Assembly: GCA_944325555.1 (NCBI GenBank)
Contig: CALVAN010000006.1
Coordinates: forward strand, 22,998 to 86,997
DNA: 64,000 nt
Source: Candidatus Gastranaerophilales bacterium
Lineage (GTDB): Bacteria; Cyanobacteriota; Vampirovibrionia; Gastranaerophilales; Gastranaerophilaceae
Reading direction: 5' to 3'
The translations under genes and the position numbers were made by a program. Under the pieces are notes generated by a model, which had not been told where the DNA came from, did not search any database, and saw nothing but the letters and a program-made list of their open reading frames with translations. Positions 54,045 through 61,796 of this stretch are shown here, piece by piece. Each line of letters opens with the position of its first letter. The first letter of the stretch is position 1.

Positions 54045-54171
54045 ATCCCCTCACCCTACCCCTCTCCCCCGGAGAGGGAACAAAAAAAATAATATAGACA
54101 AGCTAAAGTTTGCACAAAACCCGCTTTACAATCCCCACCCTCACCCTTCCCTTCTCCCCCGGAGAGGGAAC
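54045..54171 (+). repeat. Two copies of a C-rich box ending in the hairpin CCCTCTCC-CCC-GGAGAGGG (54045-54081, 54131-54171)
   Basis: ATCCCCTCACCCTACCCCTCTCCCCCGGAGAGGGAAC and ATCCCCACCCTCACCCTTCCCTTCTCCCCCGGAGAGGGAAC. The second stem has one T-G pair on the plus strand. Confidence 0.85.
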
Positions 54172-54213
54172 CGACAACAATAATGCGGGTATGCGGGAGT
54201 CTGTCCTGCTACT

Positions 54214-56064
54214 TTAGATCCATTCCTCAATTTCTTTTTTAGATACTCCCCATTCATGCCCGAAGGTTCTGCCCTTTACGTTGCAATATTTACAAAACGG
54301 TATGGGTTTAGCTAAAAAGGCAAGAATTTCTGCCATAGATTTTACTTTGTATATATCTATATAATTTCTGTCATCAATAATCATATTTTCTTTAAAATAT
54401 TTGTTAAAGTGATGTGCATTAGCCGCAGGAGAGCACGTATATATTTTGCCATCATGGATACCAATACACTGGTTTGCATGAAAACAATTAATAAAATTTT
54501 CTCTTGGGTCTTGCAATCCTTTTACATCAAAAGGTATATGATAACTTGTTTTTATTACGTCTGCGTTGTTGAAAAATGTAAAATTTACTCCATATTTAAG
54601 AGCAGTATTTTTTATTTTGTCATAATCTACTTTTATCGGATATTTTGTACAGGTAACCAGAATATCTAGCTTTTGCAAGAGATTCCAAAACTTTTCATCT
54701 TTGTCTTGTAACAAAATACCATTTGATTGAAGTCTTATTGTTGAATCGGGAAAATATTTTCTGGCAACTTCAAACATTTCTAAAATGTTTGGATTCATCA
54801 ACGCTTCACCGCCTGAAAGACTTATTTGTTTTAAATTGCCGTTTGTTAATTCTGCTAACCTTTTTATATCATTTGAAAAAGATTCAAGTGTAACAAATCT
54901 TTCTTCGGCAATTGGAGAACACACATCACAACACTTACAGTTTAGGTTGCAGTGATCAACAAGATGAAATCCTATACTGTCAAGATATGGACGAGGTGTA
55001 ATTCTTTTGATTTTTGCGTCAAAAATTGCCTCTTTATTTTGAATTAATTTTTCTATTCTATCAAATTTTGATTTTTTCCTTTTTAGTTTTATCTTTACAC
55101 CCAGTATTTTGTATGTTCTGTGTTTGTCGTCTTTTTCGTAGTTATATAAATTTTTTAACATAATTGACCCATACCTCTTTGTGCTATAAATAAAATATTT
55201 TTTTAATATCAAATTATAAAAACAAGATTTTTTAGCGTATTTCCACCAGTAATTTGCAAATACACACTGTTTATCCTGCCATGGTTTTATTTTGTCCGCA
55301 TAATGAATTATCAGTGGTTTTAAAATAGCCTCGGTCACAATGTCTTTACCAAATAAACCACATAATTTTTCGTATTCAGGTAATGTATTATCTAAAATAC
55401 TTTTGTATTTAGTCATCACATTATATTTGAACGGCAAATGCTTTATATTGTTATAAAAGACCTTGTTTATTACATCTTGATCTACAGTCGGATAATTTTT
55501 CAATGCTTCTTCACACAATACGGGGGTAAGATTATTTTCCCTTATTTTTTGCAGGTTCAAAACAATAACTCCGGCATTAATATACTGGTCTATTGAGGGT
55601 ATGCCAATTTTTTCGCAATAACTTTTTCCAGCTGCTTGTGAAAAATGATATGCTGGTGCTTTTACTCCTGCAACATAATTATCATCCAAATCAATAATAT
55701 ACAGTTGCGATAAATCACAGTTAACAATAGTATCCGTATCAAGATAGACACATTTGTCATATTTATCCGGTAATATTTCAGCGGCTCTTAATCTGTAATA
55801 CGTCTGCTCTGTGATATGAGAAACCATTTTTTTAGTTTGAGAAAAGGCATTTTGCATATTAACAAAATTGATTTGTTTATTGCTATAAAAAGTGCAGTCT
55901 TTTTCTATTTTAGTTTTGTATTCTTCTTTAAAATCATTCGGGACAAGCAGATAAAAATCAAAATACTGATTCGACTTTGCATTTTTGAGTATAGATATCA
56001 TTAATACGCTCATATACGGTGCATAATTATTATCTGCAGCAAGTATTACAGGAATTGTCACCAT
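54214..56064 (-). CDS. Fusion protein: GT8 glycosyltransferase (N) + radical SAM enzyme with C-terminal Cys-rich (SPASM/twitch-like) region (C)
   Basis: N-terminus: VILAADNNYAPYMSVLMISILKN, YLDTDTIV, NAGVIVLNL (GT8). C-terminus: FHLVDHCNLNCKCCD (CX3CX2C, aa 372-379; nt 54928-54951), ISLSGGEALMNP (GGE motif), and later C527, C533, C544, C591/C594. Confidence 0.8.
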   Translation of the reverse strand: MVTIPVILAADNNYAPYMSVLMISILKNAKSNQYFDFYLLVPNDFKEEYKTKIEKDCTFYSNKQINFVNMQNAFSQTKKMVSHITEQTYYRLRAAEILPDKYDKCVYLDTDTIVNCDLSQLYIIDLDDNYVAGVKAPAYHFSQAAGKSYCEKIGIPSIDQYINAGVIVLNLQKIRENNLTPVLCEEALKNYPTVDQDVINKVFYNNIKHLPFKYNVMTKYKSILDNTLPEYEKLCGLFGKDIVTEAILKPLIIHYADKIKPWQDKQCVFANYWWKYAKKSCFYNLILKKYFIYSTKRYGSIMLKNLYNYEKDDKHRTYKILGVKIKLKRKKSKFDRIEKLIQNKEAIFDAKIKRITPRPYLDSIGFHLVDHCNLNCKCCDVCSPIAEERFVTLESFSNDIKRLAELTNGNLKQISLSGGEALMNPNILEMFEVARKYFPDSTIRLQSNGILLQDKDEKFWNLLQKLDILVTCTKYPIKVDYDKIKNTALKYGVNFTFFNNADVIKTSYHIPFDVKGLQDPRENFINCFHANQCIGIHDGKIYTCSPAANAHHFNKYFKENMIIDDRNYIDIYKVKSMAEILAFLAKPIPFCKYCNVKGRTFGHEWGVSKKEIEEWI

Positions 56065-56069
56065 TTTAT

Positions 56070-56852
56070 TTAGACTCCTCTTTTAAATTTCACTTTTGCG
56101 CCAAGTATTCTTAGTACTTTATGGTTATTTTCGTTTTTTATGGAAAATATATTTTGCTTAAATTCTTCTTTTGCTCGTTTTTTATCAATTATCAATTTAG
56201 CATCTTGCAATGATTCGGTATTAGTTATTCTCGCATAATTGTTATCTTCAGAATATTTTAATAATACTTTTTCAATGAATATCGGTTTCTCTTTTTTTGT
56301 ATATCTGAGTATCAAATCCCAATCAACCAATCTTTTTAAATTTGTGTCAAATTTGCCATACTTTAAAATTAAAGATTTATTATGCACAAAGACACCAAGA
56401 TCAATAAAATTTGCGTTTTGTAATTGTTCATAATTAAAGGGGTGACCTATAATCCGACCGTCAGTTCTTAACAACCGGCTATAAAAGATTGTATTTTTAG
56501 GGTTTTTAATTATTGTTTTTTGGAATGTTTCCAAAAAATCGGGCAGCATTTCATTATCGCTGTCAAGATAACCTATCCAATTATTATATGCCGATTTCAA
56601 CCCTACATTTCTTGCATTACATACACCCTTATTTTGTTTCAATTTTTTATATACTATCTTTTTTGTGTGTAATTCCTTCACATATTTTTCTTTTATCAAT
56701 TTTTCGGTATCATCAGTTGAACCGTCGTCAACAATAATTAATTCAAAATCCTGATATGTCTGCTTTAATAATGAGTCTATGGCATTTTGAATACAAAAAG
56801 CTCTGTTATATGTCGCCATTATTATTGAAAATTTCACGCTTCTACTAAACAT
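56070..56852 (-). CDS. GT2 family glycosyltransferase
   Basis: FSIIMATYNRAFCIQNAIDSLLKQTYQDFELIIVDDGSTDDT and a YLDSDN (DxD-type) motif. The C-terminal tail is IFSIKNENNHKVLRILGAKVKFKRGV. Confidence 0.85.
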   Translation of the reverse strand: MFSRSVKFSIIMATYNRAFCIQNAIDSLLKQTYQDFELIIVDDGSTDDTEKLIKEKYVKELHTKKIVYKKLKQNKGVCNARNVGLKSAYNNWIGYLDSDNEMLPDFLETFQKTIIKNPKNTIFYSRLLRTDGRIIGHPFNYEQLQNANFIDLGVFVHNKSLILKYGKFDTNLKRLVDWDLILRYTKKEKPIFIEKVLLKYSEDNNYARITNTESLQDAKLIIDKKRAKEEFKQNIFSIKNENNHKVLRILGAKVKFKRGV

Positions 56853-56877
56853 TTTTACCTCTACATTAAACTCTTTT

Positions 56878-59262
56878 TTATAAATACTTCTTTTTTATCA
56901 ATAAGTCAGCATTTTCCTTTTTCAGATACAGTTCACAAGGGTCAAAATCCACTTTTATTTCGGGATAAAATGAGGCTTGTTTAAAACCTTTTGATAAAAT
57001 TAACTTACTTAATCCCATTTCATAATTAAAAATTATGTCCTCTTTTATTTTTTCTTTTTTTATATTGTTAACAAACCGGTCAAACCAATCATTTTTGAAA
57101 ATATTTTTAGAAAATGAAACAAAATAACTTTGAATATGCGGCGCATATCCCCAACCGTATTCGACTTGATTTTTGTGATTTTTGATAAATCCAAATAAAT
57201 GTTGTGTTACTCCATAAAAATCTTTTTGTTTTAATTCATTAAAAACTTGTTCCAAACTATTACCGACAAACACAACACTATCATTGATAAATAATAAATT
57301 GTTTATATCATTTAGTATTCCCATATTTTTTAATAGAGAATAACCTCTTTTGTATGAACCGAAATCATATTCATCGTGTTTTTTAAAAATTATTGCATCA
57401 ACAAGGTTTTTAACTTTGTCTGATTCTTCCGGTATAATAGGGTGATCAGCAGATAAAACAATATATCCTGCATATTTGCGTAACTCAGTAAGATATTTAA
57501 TCAAATTATCATCTAAAATTGCATTATTATTATGCATTGCAAATACAACTGCATTTTTGTTACTTTTGATTTCTGAATTAAATACTTCAGTTATTTTTTG
57601 AGCACGTTTTGGATATTTTTGTTTACGTTTTGGCACCAGTCTGTATTTATAACCAAGAACAGTAATAATCTTGAATGATTTATAGTAAGAATTTTTTATT
57701 GAAAAAATCTTCTTTAAAAAAGCTTTAAAAGAATTTATCAGTTCTTGTTTTACATCTCTAACACCATAAATATTCATCCCCTGCATTTCAATTATTGTTC
57801 CTAACAAGCGTTCCAGAGCATGAATCGGTGTAGCAGTTATACTTGTTTCAGGATTATTAACAAAAAAATAGTTTTCATCAAAATCCAAATTTTTTAATAA
57901 TTCAAATAATGAAGCTTTGCATAAAAACATTGTTCCTGCTATAAAATTCCCTTTTAAATTTGGTAAATTTAATTTTTGGCACACTTCATCATATATAAGT
58001 ATATCTTTTGGAGGATGGTTTTTAGATAACGACATTTTGCAGTAGTTAGCACCAATCATACCTGTATTTGGATGATTTTTAAAATATTTTAAACAATTAA
58101 AAAAATGATGTTTGGAGCTTAACACAGCGTTAACAAGAGTATCTCTCCAACCAAATTTCTTTTGCCATTTTGTACATTGCGGATTATTTTGGTAGGCTTT
58201 AGTATGCAGTTTAAGAATATAATCATATTTTTTTAAATCCACCATTTTTAGAACTTGAATAAATGGCATAATATCAAATCCGTGATTAGTTACTTTGATA
58301 AATATCGTATCCGATTTCAGATTTAAAATTTTGTTTTTCATTTCTTCATTTTCTTCTGTATAAGTGACATATAAATCCCACATACAATGATTTATATTAC
58401 TTAATTTTTTAATCCAAAAATCAATTTGTTCATGATAATACAAATGGAAATGTACAAGAACTCTTGGTTTTGGGAAAATTTTCATATAGTATTTAATACC
58501 AAGAATAGTAATTATTTTATGTATTCCGTCATCCGAGTTACGTATAGAAAAAATTTTTTCTGTAAAACTAATTTTCTTTCTGTATAAACAGTGCTTTTTA
58601 AAATTATTGTCAATTTTTGCATAATTATACAGATCAGATTCTTTTATTTTCTTAAATGCAGAATCTTGAGAAGATAGAGAAGTTAAGTGTTTGACATTTC
58701 CACCGATAATTTCATAATTTATTTTTTTTGCGTCATTGTTTTTTTTCATCAAATAATTGTCGCCACACCAGATTTTTAAATTTTGAGGAATGTTATAATA
58801 ATTTTCTTTTTTACCAAATATGGCAGATCCCCAATACCTGCTGTATAAAGTGTATTTATAAGGTTTAAACTTTAGATTTTTATTTTGAGGATATGTATTA
58901 AATTCTTCCAGAGGAGTATTATGTACAATAGTAGAATCTAAACCTACCAACCCTATATTCTCATTGCTTTTTATAAATTCATATACCTGAGAACAAAAAT
59001 TTTGCGGTAGTATAATATCGTCATTTAATATACCAAAGTAATTATTCTGAATGTTGTTTATTCCAAGATTCCACGCTGCATTAACATATAAATTTTCATA
59101 TGGAATTATTACTTTTACTTTTGGAGAAGCAAAAACATAACCCTTTAATGAATTATCAATAATAACAATCTCGTTAATCACATCGTCGTCAACAAGTTCA
59201 TTAACAAGTTTGTTTAATACCTCAATATTTTTTTGTATAGTTGGTATAACTATTGATAACAT
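56878..59262 (-). CDS. Three-module glycosyltransferase-like protein (GT2-like N-module + two modules resembling rhamnan-synthesis-protein-F/RgpF halves)
   Basis: aa 1-230: SIVIPT....EIVIIDNS. aa 265-515: VLVHFHLYYHEQIDFWIKKLSNI...DLYVT...AGTMFLCKASLF (RgpF-like as I recall the family). aa 550-794: AVVFAMHNNN...YDFGSYKRGY...FINDSV. The modules are separated by two copies of the FSI(K/R)N...ILG.KY motif. Confidence 0.55.
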   Translation of the reverse strand: MLSIVIPTIQKNIEVLNKLVNELVDDDVINEIVIIDNSLKGYVFASPKVKVIIPYENLYVNAAWNLGINNIQNNYFGILNDDIILPQNFCSQVYEFIKSNENIGLVGLDSTIVHNTPLEEFNTYPQNKNLKFKPYKYTLYSRYWGSAIFGKKENYYNIPQNLKIWCGDNYLMKKNNDAKKINYEIIGGNVKHLTSLSSQDSAFKKIKESDLYNYAKIDNNFKKHCLYRKKISFTEKIFSIRNSDDGIHKIITILGIKYYMKIFPKPRVLVHFHLYYHEQIDFWIKKLSNINHCMWDLYVTYTEENEEMKNKILNLKSDTIFIKVTNHGFDIMPFIQVLKMVDLKKYDYILKLHTKAYQNNPQCTKWQKKFGWRDTLVNAVLSSKHHFFNCLKYFKNHPNTGMIGANYCKMSLSKNHPPKDILIYDEVCQKLNLPNLKGNFIAGTMFLCKASLFELLKNLDFDENYFFVNNPETSITATPIHALERLLGTIIEMQGMNIYGVRDVKQELINSFKAFLKKIFSIKNSYYKSFKIITVLGYKYRLVPKRKQKYPKRAQKITEVFNSEIKSNKNAVVFAMHNNNAILDDNLIKYLTELRKYAGYIVLSADHPIIPEESDKVKNLVDAIIFKKHDEYDFGSYKRGYSLLKNMGILNDINNLLFINDSVVFVGNSLEQVFNELKQKDFYGVTQHLFGFIKNHKNQVEYGWGYAPHIQSYFVSFSKNIFKNDWFDRFVNNIKKEKIKEDIIFNYEMGLSKLILSKGFKQASFYPEIKVDFDPCELYLKKENADLLIKKKYL

Positions 59263-60311
59263 TCAAACTTATCTCCTTGTAATATATTTTTTCTTTTCAC
59301 AACAAACCTTTTCCCGAACACCACATACGTTTTATCTGTTTCCGTAGTTCTAATATCGAACACATCAAAAAACTTTTTGTGGTGATATTTGAACAAAATC
59401 AAATTCAACTTTCGGAAGTTACACATTTTTCGCTGCTCTGATTTTGTGAATGAATTTTTTATAAAATTCAAAAAGTCCGAAATATCCTTTTCGTACTGTT
59501 TTTTCAGCCCTTCGTCCGAACTTTTGCGCCAGTAATATATACAACCGCCTATAAAATGGTTCGTAGAGGCTATTTTCATCTGTCTTGACTGCTTTTTGTA
59601 TATTTCAGATTCTACTAATGCCTTGTATGCAGCAAAGTCATTTCTTATACAATTGGCAAATTTTTTGGTTGCCGCACCTTCTCTGTCATCACGGTAGTTG
59701 TACAATGTTTCTAAAATAAATGAATATTTTGGATTTTGATAAAATGTTTTAAGACAAAATACTAAATCTTCTGCATTTTTTATTCCCAATGGAAAATTTA
59801 TTTTATTTTTTTCTAAAAAATCTCTTTTAAACGCCTTGTTCCAAATATAAATCTGTATTTTTATTGTTTCTTTTAAAACATTATAATTTTCAATAAAATT
59901 TTTGATTTCTTTTAATGAACTAAAACCATCAATAATTTTTGTATTATTAACTGTTTTATATCCCCACATAATTATGTCGGAGTTTTCGGTATTTATTTTT
60001 TTAGAAACTTTTTCACATAGTGTCAAATCGTATGTATCATCAGGGTCAAGAAACATTATATATTCGCCGCGGGCGGTTTCAAGCCCTGCATTTCTTGCTG
60101 AGGATACTCCTTGATTATGCTGATTTATAAGTTTAATTCTCGAGTCTTTTTGAACGAAATTTTCAAGAATAGCAAGTGAATTATCAGTAGAACCATCGTT
60201 AATGCAAATGATTTCTATATCTGCAAAGGTTTGGTTTATTACACTTTCTATTGCAGCAGCAAGATAATTTTCTACATTATAAACGGGCATAATCACGGAT
60301 ATTTTAGGCAT
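59250..60311 (-). CDS. GT2 family glycosyltransferase
   Basis: ISVIMPVYNVENYLAAAIESVINQTFADIEIICINDGSTDNS and FLDPDD. I prefer the ATG at 60311. It overlaps the XRE gene stop by 8 nt (ATGCCTAA) and the next gene's start by 13 nt. Confidence 0.88.
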   Translation of the reverse strand: MPKISVIMPVYNVENYLAAAIESVINQTFADIEIICINDGSTDNSLAILENFVQKDSRIKLINQHNQGVSSARNAGLETARGEYIMFLDPDDTYDLTLCEKVSKKINTENSDIIMWGYKTVNNTKIIDGFSSLKEIKNFIENYNVLKETIKIQIYIWNKAFKRDFLEKNKINFPLGIKNAEDLVFCLKTFYQNPKYSFILETLYNYRDDREGAATKKFANCIRNDFAAYKALVESEIYKKQSRQMKIASTNHFIGGCIYYWRKSSDEGLKKQYEKDISDFLNFIKNSFTKSEQRKMCNFRKLNLILFKYHHKKFFDVFDIRTTETDKTYVVFGKRFVVKRKNILQGDKFECYQ

Positions 60312-60651
60312 AATTTTCTCCGTTATCCTGCACAATTGCCTTTAGCAACTTATACGAAAGCATCAGCTCCTGCGTATTCATTTTTTTAAGGAGCTGCAAT
60401 ATTTGCACTTCGCCGGTTCTGGGGGTGTATTTTTGCAGCGTTTTCAGCTCTTCTATCTCAAAATCCAGAACCTTTGAAATGTTCAAATACGTAGAAAGTT
60501 TAGGGATATATGTTCCGTCCTCTAACTTGCCGATATGGCGGGTGCTCAGCCCGACGAGTTTTGCCAGCTGCGCCTGCGTAAGCCCTTTTTGTCTTCGATA
60601 ATCTTTTATCAAAACTCCCAGTGATTTACTCAAGTTTTTTTCCGAAATCAT
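60304..60651 (-). CDS. XRE-family HTH regulator, first gene of the glycosyltransferase operon
   Basis: LIKDYRRQKGLTQAQLAKLVGLSTRHIGKLEDG is a classic Cro/CI-type HTH. The ATG at 60651 is preceded by GGGAAAG. The track start at 60654 is TTG. Confidence 0.8.
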   Translation of the reverse strand: MISEKNLSKSLGVLIKDYRRQKGLTQAQLAKLVGLSTRHIGKLEDGTYIPKLSTYLNISKVLDFEIEELKTLQKYTPRTGEVQILQLLKKMNTQELMLSYKLLKAIVQDNGENYA

Positions 60652-60674
60652 CAATTATCTTTCCCGTCTGTTAC

Positions 60675-60697
60675 AACTACGTAATAAAGTCGTAGTT
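60675..60697. promoter_or_regulatory. Candidate operator: inverted repeat AACTACG-N9-CGTAGTT in the divergent XRE/XRE intergenic region
   Basis: A perfect 7-bp inverted repeat lies 24 nt upstream of the minus-strand XRE start. ACGTA-containing half-site-like sequences recur at ~60745. Confidence 0.3.
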
Positions 60698-60822
60698 TTC
60701 ATGAAAAGTATATATTAAACAAAACAAACTGAATATATATTACGTACTTTTTTACAAAACTATATACTATTTACGCTTATATATCATAGACAAGTGTTCT
60801 AACATAATTTAAAGGTTATGTT

Positions 60823-61137
60823 ATGAATAATAAGCAATTACTAGGAAAAAGAATTAAAGAATTAAGAAAAGCGGCAAACCTCACGCAAGAAAGGCTTGCC
60901 GAACTTATTGATATCGAAACAGGCTCGCTCAGCGGAATTGAAAGCGGCAGACATTTTCCTTCTCTTACAACTCTGGAAAAAATTGCAAATCATCTTGACG
61001 TGGAATTAAAAACCCTCTTCGACTTCAAACACCTTATCTCCGTTGAAGAAATGAAAGCTTCTATAATTCAAAATATAGACAAAATCGACCGTGAGCAAAT
61101 TACTTTTATTTACAAATTTGTGGAAAACTTTAAATAA
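60823..61137 (+). CDS. XRE-family HTH regulator (divergent from the operon-leading XRE)
   Basis: LGKRIKELRKAANLTQERLAELIDIETGSLSGIESGRHFPSLTTLEKIANHL is a Cro/CI-type HTH. Confidence 0.8.
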   Translation: MNNKQLLGKRIKELRKAANLTQERLAELIDIETGSLSGIESGRHFPSLTTLEKIANHLDVELKTLFDFKHLISVEEMKASIIQNIDKIDREQITFIYKFVENFK

Positions 61138-61150
61138 TTTTTAGCGCAGG

Positions 61151-61738
61151 CTATCTTGCATAAATATCTTCTTTTTTAACGGCAAGATCCTCAGGCGCAT
61201 AATTTTTTAAATATTCTACCGCCTCTTGAGCGGTGTCCGCAAGAAAATACAGTTTTTGAGCTTTTTTGTTGGCAAACTTTTGATTAATAATTTCCTCAAA
61301 AAAATCCAAAAGTTTGTTATAAAAACCGTTTGTATTAAGTATAACAATCGCCTTTTGATTGTAGCCAAGCTGTTTTTGCACAATCATCTCGCTTAATTCC
61401 TCAAGCGTGCCAAACCCGCCGGGCAGAGCAACCAAAGCGTCGGATAGCTCGTCCATTTTTGCTTTCCTGCTTCTCATACAGGGGGTTAAGTAAAATTCAT
61501 CGCAATAATCCGAAAAAACATCCATTTCATGCAATTTTTGCGGCATCACTCCGATAATTCTGCCGCCGTTTTCCTTCACCTTCTGCGCACACGCCCACAT
61601 CAAACCAAGACAGCTTCCTCCGTAAACCATATCCATATCAGCACCGGCAAGCAGTGTACCCAGTTCTTTGGCAGCCTCGTAGTATGTTTCGTCCAAATAA
61701 TTACATGATGAAGCAAATACGCATACGGTGTTTATCAT
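61151..61738 (-). CDS. LOG family protein (TIGR00730; cytokinin riboside 5'-monophosphate phosphoribohydrolase-like)
   Basis: VYGGS..GLM........NGG..IGVMP and LPGGFGTLEELSE motifs. Confidence 0.88.
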   Translation of the reverse strand: MINTVCVFASSCNYLDETYYEAAKELGTLLAGADMDMVYGGSCLGLMWACAQKVKENGGRIIGVMPQKLHEMDVFSDYCDEFYLTPCMRSRKAKMDELSDALVALPGGFGTLEELSEMIVQKQLGYNQKAIVILNTNGFYNKLLDFFEEIINQKFANKKAQKLYFLADTAQEAVEYLKNYAPEDLAVKKEDIYAR

Positions 61739-61796
61739 CTCAATAACCTTTCAAAAAATACTGGTGATTAAACTCATCATAGCATATAATTATCTT

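Noticed and set aside
53903-54097. Track ORF (64 aa) ending ...HPLTLPLSPGEGTKKII
   Set aside because: It is built entirely from the TGTCAT-type repeat and the C-rich hairpin box, and has a TTG start.
58722-58746. T8 homopolymer runs (58722-58729, 58739-58746) inside the 794-aa glycosyltransferase gene as slipped-strand phase-variation sites
   Set aside because: Runs of 7-9 A/T are frequent throughout this very AT-rich window, in core genes and intergenic DNA alike. Without strain or read-level length variation there is no basis to call them contingency tracts.
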